54,403 nt of DNA from Acidobacteriota bacterium (lineage in GTDB: Bacteria > Acidobacteriota > Thermoanaerobaculia > Multivoradales > UBA5704): the NCBI GenBank assembly GCA_040005235.1, contig JBDTZG010000036.1, positions 1 through 54,403 of the forward strand, given 5' to 3'. Below, piece by piece: positions 38,142 through 47,714 of the stretch. The notes below the pieces were generated by a model that was given only the letters and a program-made list of their open reading frames with translations, had not been told where the DNA came from and made no database searches. The position numbers were made by a program, and so were the translations under genes. Positions within the stretch are counted from its first letter, which is position 1; each line of letters starts with the position of its first letter.

Positions 38142-39968
38142 ATGCGTACGACGCTCGCCGTCGTCACCGTTTTCGCCGGCCTCCTCGGGGGAGAGTCGCC
38201 GGTCTGGTCGCAGGAACCGAATCAGACCGCCATCCCCACCTTCAACGATCAACTCCTGGTCAGCGCTTCGCTCGACGCCGAGGCGAAGGATCAAGCTCCG
38301 GCCTCGGCGACGGTCGTCCCGGCCGCCGAGATCGAAGCGCGCCAGGTGACCACTCTCGCCGACGCGATCACCCTGGTGCCCGGCCTCTCGATCGTCCAGA
38401 CCGGCGCGCCCGGCCAGCAGAGCTCGCTGTTCGTCCGGGGCGCCGAGTCCGACCAGACGCTCCTCTTGTGGAACGGCATTGCGCTCAACGATCCTTATTT
38501 CGGCGGCGCCAACTGGCAGTTCGTGCCAACCGACGGCGCGGAGCGGATCGAGGTCATCCGCGGCCCGTTCTCGGCGCTCTACGGCAGCGGCGCGATGGGC
38601 GGTGTGGTCTCGCTCCTCACCGGGCGCCATGACGGCGGCTCGGCGCACCTCGAAGGGGGCGAGAACGGGTACGCCCGCGGGTCGGTCGCGGCGGGAACGA
38701 CGCTCGGCCGCTTGCGGCTCGATGGGGTGGGAGTCGTCCGGCGCGGCGGCACCGAGATCGCGAACGACGATTTCGACGCGGACGATCTGACCCTTCGCGG
38801 CCTGTTCGACCTGCGCGAAAACACCAACGTCGGTCTGCTGGTCCGCGGCAACCAGTCCGAAACCGGTATTCCCTTCTCGGGCCGGACCGCAACGCCCGAC
38901 CAGAGCATCTCCTGGCGCGAGCGCGAAGTGGCTCTGCCGGTCCATGCGGTCGTGGACGGCAACTGGGAGATCGAAGGCCAGCTCGCGACCACCCGGTTCC
39001 ACAACGCCTTCCGGGCGCCGAGCGATCCGTTCGGCTTTACCCGGTCGGACACCGAGTCGGAAGGCCGGCGCGGCCGCTTGGTCGGCAGTTGGCAGAGCGC
39101 ACACGATCTGCGGATCTCGTTCGGCGGCGACGCCGAGAGGCTCGAAGTGACCAGCGGCGGGAGCTTCGGCACCAGCCTGGACGGCTCGCGCCAGCGCACC
39201 TGGGCGGCGTTCGCCGAGGCGAGCGCGCCGGTGGGCAAAGGGCAAATTCAAGTCGGGCTGCGCCGCGACGACAACGATGTCTACGGCGAACAGACCAGCC
39301 TGCGCGCCGGGGCGGTCGTGCCGTTCGCAGGTTTCCGCCTGCGGGCGAGCTACGGCGAGTCGTTTCGGGCGCCGTCGCTCGGCGAGTTGTTCTTCCCCGG
39401 CAGCGGCAATCCCGCTTTGCGTCCGGAGGAAGGCAAGAGCCTGGAGCTGGGCATCGAGCGCGAGATCGGCGTCGTCCGCCTCTCGCTGGTCGGATTTGAA
39501 AACCGCCAGAACGATCTGATCGACTTCGATCTGGCGACTTTCACCAACGTCAACGTCGCCCGCGCCCGGTCGCGTGGATTCGAAGGCGAGGCGGAAGCCC
39601 GTCACGGCATCGGCACGGTCCGTCTCACGGCGACCTATTTGGATGCCGAGGACCGGGCGACGGGCGAGCCCCTGCTCCGGCGGGCGAAGCGCAGCGCGAC
39701 GCTGCTCGCGACCCTGGCACCGAAATCCTGGAGCTTTGCGCTTTCCGGCCGCTATGTCGGCTCGCGGGCGGACGTCGATCCGGTCACGTTCGGCCGCACC
39801 GAGAACCCCTCCTACGTCCACCTCGATCTGTCGGCCCGCTATGCCGGTTGGTCGAAAATCGAGCCGTTCGCCCGAGTCGAAAACCTCGCCGACCGCGAGT
39901 ACGAAGAGGCGCTCGGCTTCCCCACCCCCGGCCGCACTTGGGTGGGTGGGCTCGCGGTGAGGTTCTAG
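38142..39968 (+). CDS. btuB: TonB-dependent cobalamin receptor
   Basis: Signal peptide; plug motifs FVRGAESDQTLLL and ERIEVIRGPFSALYGSGAMGGVV; ENLADREY; terminal F; downstream of the B12 riboswitch. Confidence 0.85.
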   Translation: MRTTLAVVTVFAGLLGGESPVWSQEPNQTAIPTFNDQLLVSASLDAEAKDQAPASATVVPAAEIEARQVTTLADAITLVPGLSIVQTGAPGQQSSLFVRGAESDQTLLLWNGIALNDPYFGGANWQFVPTDGAERIEVIRGPFSALYGSGAMGGVVSLLTGRHDGGSAHLEGGENGYARGSVAAGTTLGRLRLDGVGVVRRGGTEIANDDFDADDLTLRGLFDLRENTNVGLLVRGNQSETGIPFSGRTATPDQSISWREREVALPVHAVVDGNWEIEGQLATTRFHNAFRAPSDPFGFTRSDTESEGRRGRLVGSWQSAHDLRISFGGDAERLEVTSGGSFGTSLDGSRQRTWAAFAEASAPVGKGQIQVGLRRDDNDVYGEQTSLRAGAVVPFAGFRLRASYGESFRAPSLGELFFPGSGNPALRPEEGKSLELGIEREIGVVRLSLVGFENRQNDLIDFDLATFTNVNVARARSRGFEGEAEARHGIGTVRLTATYLDAEDRATGEPLLRRAKRSATLLATLAPKSWSFALSGRYVGSRADVDPVTFGRTENPSYVHLDLSARYAGWSKIEPFARVENLADREYEEALGFPTPGRTWVGGLAVRF

Positions 39969-39972
39969 GCCG

Positions 39973-40962
39973 ATGTTGGGGAGCGGCTCAGTTTGCCTCC
40001 TCGCTCCTTCGGGCGCCTTCGGCAGCAGCCAGTCGCTGCGGGGCAAGCAGAGCCGCTACCCGGGGATTCGCCGCGCGCGGCTCCTTCCGGCGTTTTTTGC
40101 GTTTTTTGCGTTTCTTGCGCTCACAGGATGTCCCCGGAAGGAGCTCGCCGCGGCTTTACCTGTCCATTTTCCCCAGCGCCTGATCTCGCTTGCCCCGAGC
40201 GTCACCGAGACGCTGTTCGCGCTCGGGCTGGGCGACCGGGTGGTGGGGGTGGGCGATTACACCTTCTGGCCCGCCGAAGCGACGAAGAAACCGCGCATCG
40301 GCGGGCTGATCGACCCCAATCTCGAACGGATCACCGCGCTCCACCCCGATCTCGCGGTCCTTCTGCCGAGCGAAAGAGATATCGGCGCCAAGCTCGCCCC
40401 GCTCGGGGTGAAGACGCTGATCGTCCACAACGAAAGCCTGGCCGACATCGAAGCCTCGTTCCGCGCGATCGCCATCCGCTGCGGCGTTCCGGCAGCGGGG
40501 GATAAGCTCTCCAGGAAATGGCACGCGGACCTGAATCCTCGTCCGTTGGTTTCGAGTTCCTTCGCGCCGAAAGTCTTGATGGTGGTCGAGCGCCAGGCGG
40601 GCCGGCTCGGCGAGCTGTACGTCGCCGGTCCGGGAACCTACCTCGACGAGCTGCTCGGAAGGCTCGGCGGCTTGAATGTCTTTGCCGATGCGCCGAACCT
40701 CTACCCCCAGGCGAGCCTCGAAGAGATCGTGGCGAGGAAACCGGATCTGATTTTCGAGCTGCGCTCCGATACGCCCGACGAGGCGGCGCGCCGCGCCTTG
40801 GTCGCGGATTGGCAGCCGCTTTCGACCGTGCCCGCCGTCCGGGACGGCCGGATTCGGGTGATCGCGGGGAACTTCACCCTGATTCCCGGGCCGCGCTTGC
40901 CGCAGCTCTATCGGTCGATGGCCGCGGCGATGGCGCAGCCCTCCGCGGAGCACCAGCCTTGA
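39973..40962 (+). CDS. btuF: Cobalamin-binding periplasmic lipoprotein
   Basis: Lipobox LTGC; RLISLAPSVTETLFALGLGDRVVGV, PNLERITALHPDL and PGPR motifs; start uncertain. Confidence 0.8.
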   Translation: MLGSGSVCLLAPSGAFGSSQSLRGKQSRYPGIRRARLLPAFFAFFAFLALTGCPRKELAAALPVHFPQRLISLAPSVTETLFALGLGDRVVGVGDYTFWPAEATKKPRIGGLIDPNLERITALHPDLAVLLPSERDIGAKLAPLGVKTLIVHNESLADIEASFRAIAIRCGVPAAGDKLSRKWHADLNPRPLVSSSFAPKVLMVVERQAGRLGELYVAGPGTYLDELLGRLGGLNVFADAPNLYPQASLEEIVARKPDLIFELRSDTPDEAARRALVADWQPLSTVPAVRDGRIRVIAGNFTLIPGPRLPQLYRSMAAAMAQPSAEHQP

Positions 40963-41753
40963 AAGAGCCCCCCGTCCTCTCCGCCCGCGGCCTGGTCCGC
41001 GAGGAGCGGGGGCGCGGCAACGCCGGCTGGACGCTCGGGCCGCTCGACCTCGAAGTCGCTGCGGGCGAGTGTCTGGCGCTCGTCGGGCCGAACGGCGCGG
41101 GAAAGACCACCCTGCTCCGCTGCCTCGCCGGGTTGCGGCGCCCCTCGCGCGGCGACGTCGCCCATCGTGGCCGGAGCTTCGCGGGGCTGTCGCGCCGGGA
41201 ACTCGCCCGGCGGATCGCCTACGTGCCCCAGGTCCGGCCGGCGAGCGTGCCCCTTACCGTGCGCGAAGCGGTCGAGCTGGGCCGCTATCCGCATCTTTCG
41301 CGGTTTCAGCTCGCGCCGAGCGCGGCGGACCACCGCGCGGTCTATGCCGCGCTTTCCGCGGCCGGGATCGAAGCCTTTGCCGAGCGACCGCTCGACGAGC
41401 TTTCGGGCGGCGAGCGGCAGATGGCCTGGATCGCCGCTGCGCTCGCCCAGGAAGCGGAGGTGCTGATCCTCGACGAGCCGACCACCCATCTCGACCCGCG
41501 CCACCAGCGCGACGTGGCCGGCCTGCTCCACCGCCTGCATCGCGAAACCGGGGTGACGGTCCTGCTCGCGACCCACGATCTCGATCTCGCGGGCCTCTTG
41601 GGAGACCGGGTCTTGGCACTCCGTGCAGGCCGGGTCGTCTCGCTCGGCGACCCGCGCGAAGTGCTGGCCGCCGATTCGCTGGCCGCCCTGTTCGACGCGC
41701 CGTTCCGCGCGGAGGCGGACGGCCACGCCGCGCGGCTGTCGCTCGCGCCGTAG
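40959..41753 (+). CDS. btuD: Cobalamin/iron ABC transporter ATP-binding protein
   Basis: TTG start overlapping the previous stop; GPNGAGKTT, LSGGERQ and LDEPTTHLD motifs. Confidence 0.8.
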   Translation: MKEPPVLSARGLVREERGRGNAGWTLGPLDLEVAAGECLALVGPNGAGKTTLLRCLAGLRRPSRGDVAHRGRSFAGLSRRELARRIAYVPQVRPASVPLTVREAVELGRYPHLSRFQLAPSAADHRAVYAALSAAGIEAFAERPLDELSGGERQMAWIAAALAQEAEVLILDEPTTHLDPRHQRDVAGLLHRLHRETGVTVLLATHDLDLAGLLGDRVLALRAGRVVSLGDPREVLAADSLAALFDAPFRAEADGHAARLSLAP

Positions 41754-41776
41754 ACTGCGCGCTCCACTCGAACCCC

Positions 41777-42766
41777 ATGCGCCCGCTCCGGCCTCGCTCC
41801 GCCCTCGCGCTCCTCGGCCTCGTCTGGCTCGCCGTGGCGCTGGGCGCCCCTCTCCTCGGCAGCCAGCCGATCGGCCTGGCCGACGTGCTGCGCGGCGATC
41901 CGACGGCGCTCGCGATCTTCTGGCAACTGCGCCTGCCGCGCGTGCTGCTCGCCCTGCTCGCCGGAGGCGCGCTCGCCACGGCGGGACTGGGCTTCCAAAC
42001 CCTGTTTCGCAACCCGCTCGCCGAGCCCTACACGCTCGGCGTGGCCGGTGGGGCGGCGCTTGGCGCAGTGCTCGCGCTACGCGTCTCCGAAGGACTGGGA
42101 GCGCTCGGCCTGCCGCTCGTGGCGCTCGCAAGCTTCGCCGGGGCGCTCGGGGCGACCGCGCTGGTGGCGGGCGTCGCGATGCACCGAAAGGAAAGTGAGA
42201 CCGGCACCCTGCTGCTCGCCGGCATCGGCGTCTCCCTTTCGACCTCGGCGCTGATCCTGTTCGTTCAATACCTCGCGGACGCCACCCAGACTTTCCGCAT
42301 GGTCCGCTGGATGATGGGCGGCCTGGCGGTGGTCGGCTATCGCGAGGTGCTCTGGCTCCTCCCCTGGACGCTCCTCGGCCTCGCTGCGCTGCTCGCCGCC
42401 CGCTGGGATCTGAACCTCCTGCTCGCCGGAGAAGAAATCGCCGCCTCCCGCGGCGTCGACCTCCCACGCCTCCGCCTGCGCATCCTGATCGCCACCTCCC
42501 TGATGATCGGAGCCCTGGTCGCCGTCGCCGGCCCGATCGGCTTCGTCGGCCTGATGGTCCCCCACGCCCTCCGCCGCCTGGTCGGCCACGACCACCTGAT
42601 CCTCGCTCCCGCCTGCCTGCTCGGCGGAGGCGCCTTCCTAGCCCTCGCCGACCTCGCAGCCCGCACGGTGATGGCCCCCGCGGACCTGCCTGTCGGGGTG
42701 CTGACGGCGCTGCTCGGCGGACCGTTCTTCCTGTTGTTGTTGGCGGTGCGGCGAGGGCGGGGGTAG
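41777..42766 (+). CDS. btuC: Cobalamin/iron ABC transporter permease (FecCD/BtuC family)
   Basis: LRLPR, FRNPLAEPYTLGV, GPIGFVGLMVPH and LPVGVLTALLGGPFF motifs. Confidence 0.85.
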   Translation: MRPLRPRSALALLGLVWLAVALGAPLLGSQPIGLADVLRGDPTALAIFWQLRLPRVLLALLAGGALATAGLGFQTLFRNPLAEPYTLGVAGGAALGAVLALRVSEGLGALGLPLVALASFAGALGATALVAGVAMHRKESETGTLLLAGIGVSLSTSALILFVQYLADATQTFRMVRWMMGGLAVVGYREVLWLLPWTLLGLAALLAARWDLNLLLAGEEIAASRGVDLPRLRLRILIATSLMIGALVAVAGPIGFVGLMVPHALRRLVGHDHLILAPACLLGGGAFLALADLAARTVMAPADLPVGVLTALLGGPFFLLLLAVRRGRG

Positions 42767-42820
42767 GGGCAGGATTCGGGGCTCGGCATCTTCTTTGGGC
42801 TCTCGATACAATCCCCCACC

Positions 42821-43609
42821 ATGATCCGCCTCTACCGCATCGCTCCCGAAGGGCTGTACGCCGCGACCGACCCTGCCTATGACGAGGTTCGCGTTCTCTA
42901 CTCCGATCCGTTCGAGACCTGGCCCGGGGGGTGGGAGTATGGCCGCCGGGTGGATTTGGATAGCGCTTCATTTTTGGCGCCGGTCGCGCCGTCCAAGATC
43001 ATTGGCATCGGCCGCAATTATGTGGAGCACGCCAAGGAGCTGGGCAATCCGATGCCCACCGAGCCGCTGTTCTTCTTGAAGGCGCCTTCGGCGCTCTCCG
43101 GTCCGCGGGCGCCGATCGTCCTTCCTCCCGAGAGCGAGCAGGTGGAATTCGAGGGGGAGATCGCCATTGTGCTGCGCCACCGACTGCGCCGGGCGAGCCC
43201 CGAAGAGGCGCGGACGGCGATCCTGGGCGTGATGCCCGCCTGCGATGTGACGGCGCGCGACCTTCAGAAGAAGGACGGCCGCTTCGCCCGGGCGAAGGGC
43301 TTCGACACGTTCTGCCCGGTGGGACCGGCGATCTGGATCGATCCCGATCTGGACGACCTGTCGGTGGTCACCCGGGTCAACGGCGTCGAGCGCCAGCGCG
43401 GCCACTGCCGGGACATGGCGTTCGGCATCCTGGATATCCTGGTCTATCTGTCACGGATGATGACGCTCGAACCGGGAGACGTCGTCCTCACCGGAACCCC
43501 CGCGGGAGTCGGTTCGCTCGCGGACGGCGACGTCGTGGAAGTCGAAATCCCCGGCCTCGGCGTGCTGGTCAACCCGGTCGAGGCGTGGCGCGCCGCTGAA
43601 GGGGACTGA
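42821..43609 (+). CDS. Fumarylacetoacetate hydrolase family protein
   Basis: KIIGIGRNYVEHAKE, FLKAPS, EFEGE, DVTARDLQ, AKGFDTF and LTGTPAG motifs. Confidence 0.92.
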   Translation: MIRLYRIAPEGLYAATDPAYDEVRVLYSDPFETWPGGWEYGRRVDLDSASFLAPVAPSKIIGIGRNYVEHAKELGNPMPTEPLFFLKAPSALSGPRAPIVLPPESEQVEFEGEIAIVLRHRLRRASPEEARTAILGVMPACDVTARDLQKKDGRFARAKGFDTFCPVGPAIWIDPDLDDLSVVTRVNGVERQRGHCRDMAFGILDILVYLSRMMTLEPGDVVLTGTPAGVGSLADGDVVEVEIPGLGVLVNPVEAWRAAEGD

Positions 43610-43677
43610 GGGCCGACTGACTAGAGTAGATCCGACGGCTTGACTCGACCCGGGGCTCCCGTCCTAATCTTCTTCCT

Positions 43678-43905
43678 ATGAACTACTCGAAGATCATTAC
43701 CTTGGAGCCGGACAAGCGGGGCGGCAAGCCTTGCATCCGCGGCCTCCGGATTACCGTTTACGAGGTTCTCGACTACTTGGCCTCGGGAATGACGGAATCG
43801 GAGATTCTGGCCGATTTCCCGGATTTGACGTCCGAAGACTTGCGCGCGAGTATCGCGTTTGCCGCCGATCGCGAGCGCCGCCTGATGGTCGTTCCTGCGG
43901 CATGA
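43678..43905 (+). CDS. DUF433 family antitoxin-like protein
   Basis: GGKPCIRGLRITVYEVL..LASGM...EILADFPDL. Confidence 0.9.
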   Translation: MNYSKIITLEPDKRGGKPCIRGLRITVYEVLDYLASGMTESEILADFPDLTSEDLRASIAFAADRERRLMVVPAA

Positions 43906-44258
43906 GCCCCCCAGGGGCCGGCCTGCGGCTGTTGCTCGATCAGAACCTTTCTCCGCGGCTGACGAATTCGCTCGAAGATCTATTTCCGCGAATCTCCCAT
44001 GTTCGTCAGCTCGGCCTGGAGCGAGCGACCGACCCGCAACTCTGGAGCAGGGCCGCTCGCGAAGGCTTCGTCATCGTCTCCAAGGATAGCGACTTTCACC
44101 AACGCAGTTTCATACACGGGTTTCCCCCCAAGGTGATCTGGATTCGACTGGGAAACTGTTCCACCGCGCAAATCGAAACCCTGCTTCGCTCGCACGAGCC
44201 TGAGATCTCCAAGTTCCTCGCCGACCCGGTCGCAGCTTTTCTCGCTTTGGGCTCCTGA
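43902..44258 (+). CDS. DUF5615 PIN-like toxin
   Basis: ATG overlapping the DUF433 stop; LLLDQNLS, HVRQLGL..ATD, IVSKDSDF and PPKVIWIRLGN motifs. Confidence 0.88.
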   Translation: MSPPGAGLRLLLDQNLSPRLTNSLEDLFPRISHVRQLGLERATDPQLWSRAAREGFVIVSKDSDFHQRSFIHGFPPKVIWIRLGNCSTAQIETLLRSHEPEISKFLADPVAAFLALGS

Positions 44259-44845
44259 TGATTCGCCTTCAAAACAGGCTGCGATGTCTGGCCGTACTCG
44301 CCTTTGCAACGATGGCACCCGCGGCTTGGGGCGCGGGCAAGGGCCTCGACGAACCGATCGATCTCGACGTGGTCAAAGCCTCCGGCACGTTCGATCTGTT
44401 CGCCCGGACGGCCGGGTTGGAGCTCGCGATCGACCCCGTGATCGCCGAACGCAAGCTCACCCTGCGGATCGAAAAGGTCCGCGTCCGCACCGCGCTCGAT
44501 GCGGCGTGCGACAGCCTGGAATGCCGCTGGCGGGTCGAAGGGGGAAAACTGATCGTCGAGGCCAAGCCTCGGACCTCGCCGAAAGCGGTCGAAAAGTCGG
44601 CGCAGCTCGACGAGCCGATCGACCTCAAGGTGACGAAGGCGCGGGCCTCCGACATTCTGCGGACCTTTGGCGAGATCTTGGGGGTCGACGTCGATATCGA
44701 GGACACGGTCGGCGGCGAGCTGACGCTCGATCTCGAAGCCACCCCTGTCCGCGTGGCGCTCGACGCGGTCTGCAAGAAGCTCTCTTGCCGCTGGCACATC
44801 GAAGAAGGGGCCCGGCGGCGGCTGGTGTTTTCGGGGAGAAAGTAG
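44258..44845 (+). CDS. Exported protein with two tandem secretin-N0/STN-like domains
   Basis: Signal peptide; internal duplication LDEPIDL...ALDAACDSLECRW / LDEPIDL...ALDAVCKKLSCRW. Confidence 0.65.
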   Translation: MIRLQNRLRCLAVLAFATMAPAAWGAGKGLDEPIDLDVVKASGTFDLFARTAGLELAIDPVIAERKLTLRIEKVRVRTALDAACDSLECRWRVEGGKLIVEAKPRTSPKAVEKSAQLDEPIDLKVTKARASDILRTFGEILGVDVDIEDTVGGELTLDLEATPVRVALDAVCKKLSCRWHIEEGARRRLVFSGRK

Positions 44846-44912
44846 CGATATCCCCTGTGCTAGCCTCCCCCCAACTTTTTGGCCGGCTGGGAAAACAGAG
44901 GAAGGGAGTGCG

Positions 44913-46901
44913 ATGAGCGAGCCCATGAGCACCTCGGCGAGACCGTTGAGAACGCCGCTCCCGATCGGCGAGCTGCCCGAATTCACCGTCCGCGCGATCG
45001 CCGCGGGTGTCGTGTTCGGCGTAGTTTTCGGCGCGGCGAATGCTTATCTCGGCCTACGGGTGGGCCTGACGGTGGCGACCTCGATTCCGATCTCGGTGCT
45101 CACCGTGGCGCTGTTCCGGTTGATGAAGAGCGATCGGAGCATGATCCTGGAGGCGAACCTCGCCCAGACCGTCGGCTCGGCCAGCTCGTCGCTCGCCGCG
45201 GGAACGATCTTCACGATTCCCGCGCTCTTCCTCTGGGGCATCATCCCGCCCTATTGGCAGATCGCAGGGCTTGCGTTCTTGGGTGCCGTGCTCGGGATTT
45301 CGGCGATGGTGCCGCTGCGTCGCCTGCTGATCGTTCAAAGCGCCGATGAGCTGCCTTACCCGGAAGGGACCGCCTGCGCCGAGGTGCTGCGGGCGACGAC
45401 CGCCGAGTCCTCCGGCGGGCGCTGGATCTTTCTGGGGCTGGGGGTGGGCGCCGCGATCAAGCTCGGGATCGGCGCCCTCTGTTTGATCGAATCGAATCTG
45501 ACCACCCTGGTGCCGTTCCTGCCGAAGGCGGAGCTGGCGCTCGAAATCGCCCCGGCGCTGCTCGCCGTCGGCTACATCCTCGGCTACCGCCAGTCGGCGA
45601 TCATGGTCTCCGGCAGTTTGATCTCTGCCCTGGCGCTCACGCCGTTGATCGGCCTCGTCGGCGATCACCTGACCAGCCCGCTGTTTCCCGAATCGACGAA
45701 GCTGATCCACGACCTTACGGCCGGGCAGATCTGGTCGCGCTACGTGCGCTACATCGGGGCCGGCGCGGTCGCCGCGGCGGGGATCGTCACGGTGATTCGC
45801 TCGCTGCCCACGATGGTCCGATCGCTCTCCGCCGTGCTTCAGGGGCTGAAGAAATCCAATGTCGCGGGCGTTGAGGGAGCGGGAGAAACCGTCGAGCGCA
45901 CCGATCGAGACGTGCCGGGCTGGATGGTGCTCGCCGGGCCGGCGATCGTGATCCTGGGCCTGATCGGCATTCCCGGCCTGCTGGCCGGCGAGATGAGCCT
46001 GGTTCCGCGGATCGCCGCCGCCCTCGGCGTGGCGATCTTCGGCGTGCTGTTCGTGGTCGTCTCGTCGCGCATCGTCGGGCTGATTGGGGTCTCCTCGAAC
46101 CCGACTTCGGGGATGACGCTGGTGACGCTTCTCGGCACCGCGCTCGTCTTCGTCCTCTGCGGCTGGACCGACCCCTCCGCTCGGGCGGCGATCTTGACCG
46201 TCGGTACGGTGGTCTGCATCGCGGCCTCCAAAGCGGGCGACATCTCGCAGGATTTAAAGACCGGCTACCTGGTCGGCGCCACCCCCGCGCGCCAGCAGGT
46301 CGGCCAGCTGATTGGCGCGGCGTTCGCCTGCTGGGCGATCGCGGGGACCGTGCTCATCCTCGGCCAGGCGTTCACGTTCGGCTCCGAGCAGCTCCCGGCG
46401 CCGCAGGCGACGCTGATGAAAACGGTGATCGACGGCGTGCTCACCGGATCGCTTCCATGGGGCCTCGTCGGCACCGGAGCCGCGTTCTCCCTCGGAGCGA
46501 TGCTCGCCGGCCTCCCGGGGCTCGCGTTCGCGGTCGGCATCTACCTGCCGCTCGGCAGCCTCACTCCTATCTTCCTCGGCGGCTGCATCCGCGCCCTGGT
46601 CGAAAGGAAGCGGAAGGGAAAAACAATCGAAGGCGACCCCGGCATCCTCGCCGCCTCCGGCCTGATCGCGGGAGAGGGTCTCGCGGGGGTCGCGATCGCG
46701 CTCATGGTTGCGATCCAAACCCGCGGCGGCACCTTCGGCTCCTGGCTCGCGAGCTGGCACTTCGCCGAGAAGGGCTTCGTCCGCATGGAAGGCTCGCTCG
46801 CAATCAGCCTTGGCCTGATCCTGGTCGGCGCGATCTCCCTCTTCATCTACCGGGCGGGGAGCGCGGCAGAGGAAATCCCGGCGGAGGAGAGCGCGAGGTA
46901 A
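44913..46901 (+). CDS. OPT family oligopeptide transporter
   Basis: YLGLRVGLTVATSIP, LPYPEGTACAEVL, SSNPTSGM, SQDLKTGYLVGATP and PAPQATLM motifs. Confidence 0.93.
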   Translation: MSEPMSTSARPLRTPLPIGELPEFTVRAIAAGVVFGVVFGAANAYLGLRVGLTVATSIPISVLTVALFRLMKSDRSMILEANLAQTVGSASSSLAAGTIFTIPALFLWGIIPPYWQIAGLAFLGAVLGISAMVPLRRLLIVQSADELPYPEGTACAEVLRATTAESSGGRWIFLGLGVGAAIKLGIGALCLIESNLTTLVPFLPKAELALEIAPALLAVGYILGYRQSAIMVSGSLISALALTPLIGLVGDHLTSPLFPESTKLIHDLTAGQIWSRYVRYIGAGAVAAAGIVTVIRSLPTMVRSLSAVLQGLKKSNVAGVEGAGETVERTDRDVPGWMVLAGPAIVILGLIGIPGLLAGEMSLVPRIAAALGVAIFGVLFVVVSSRIVGLIGVSSNPTSGMTLVTLLGTALVFVLCGWTDPSARAAILTVGTVVCIAASKAGDISQDLKTGYLVGATPARQQVGQLIGAAFACWAIAGTVLILGQAFTFGSEQLPAPQATLMKTVIDGVLTGSLPWGLVGTGAAFSLGAMLAGLPGLAFAVGIYLPLGSLTPIFLGGCIRALVERKRKGKTIEGDPGILAASGLIAGEGLAGVAIALMVAIQTRGGTFGSWLASWHFAEKGFVRMEGSLAISLGLILVGAISLFIYRAGSAAEEIPAEESAR

Positions 46902-46911
46902 GCTCATCGGG

Positions 46912-47442
46912 ATGGATTTCGTTGCCGGTCTGGACTTGATCTCGGGCTTTCTCGCCGGCCGGGCGGGCCGCAGCGCCGTGATCGGCGGTATCGCGCTCGC
47001 CGCTTATGGCAACCCGCGGACGACGATCGACCTCGATTTCGTGGTCGATGGCGGCCTCCAGGACGAGCTGATCGCCTTTCTGGAGGGGGAAGGTTTCAAG
47101 ACTCTCTTCTGCAGCAGTGGCTATTCGAACCACGATCATCCCGATCCGGAGCGCGGCCGCCTCGATTTTGTCTATGTTCGGGGAACGACTGCCGAAAAGA
47201 TCTTCGCTGAATGCCGACGATTGTCCGGACCGGGCGGGAGCACGATCCTCGTTCCCAAGCCCGAGCACCTCGCAGCGCTCAAGGCGCAGGCGACGAAAAA
47301 CGAGCCCTCCCGAGCACCGAGCGATTTGGCGGATGTACGGTTCCTGCTAGGTCTTCCCGGAGTTGACCACCAAACGATCCGTGAGTATTTTGAACGTGCG
47401 GGTCAAGGAGACCTATTCGATGCACTCGAGCGATCGTTCTGA
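46912..47442 (+). CDS. Nucleotidyltransferase (AbiEii/DUF6036-like), putative toxin
   Basis: IGGIALAAYGNPRTTIDLDF (GG...RxTxDxD), LDFV, and L.ALK...D..D motifs. Confidence 0.8.
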   Translation: MDFVAGLDLISGFLAGRAGRSAVIGGIALAAYGNPRTTIDLDFVVDGGLQDELIAFLEGEGFKTLFCSSGYSNHDHPDPERGRLDFVYVRGTTAEKIFAECRRLSGPGGSTILVPKPEHLAALKAQATKNEPSRAPSDLADVRFLLGLPGVDHQTIREYFERAGQGDLFDALERSF

Positions 47443-47632
47443 TTTCCTATTCGACATTGAGCGCGACATCCCGACGACGCCTGAGGATGTGATCGCCTTG
47501 CGTAAGAACCGTCCGGTCCGGGGCGAGAATTGGCTGGAAGACCTCCATCGCCTGACCCAGCAGCTTCCGGGTGTCCAAGAGGCGCTCCGGCGTCGGCCTA
47601 CGTTCGAGGGTTGCGAGCCGTTCGAGCTCTGA
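47420..47632 (+). CDS. Small hypothetical protein overlapping the NTase gene (candidate antitoxin)
   Basis: 70 aa MHSSDRSDFLFDIERDIPTTPEDVIALR...FEGCEPFEL; ATG lies inside the 3' end of the NTase gene. Confidence 0.6.
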   Translation: MHSSDRSDFLFDIERDIPTTPEDVIALRKNRPVRGENWLEDLHRLTQQLPGVQEALRRRPTFEGCEPFEL

Positions 47633-47714
47633 GCCCTTCCGAGCCCTCCCACCTCGCCCGTTGCCTCCTGGGCCCTGCACCTGTACCCTTCGTCGAAACA
47701 CTGTCGGAATCACC

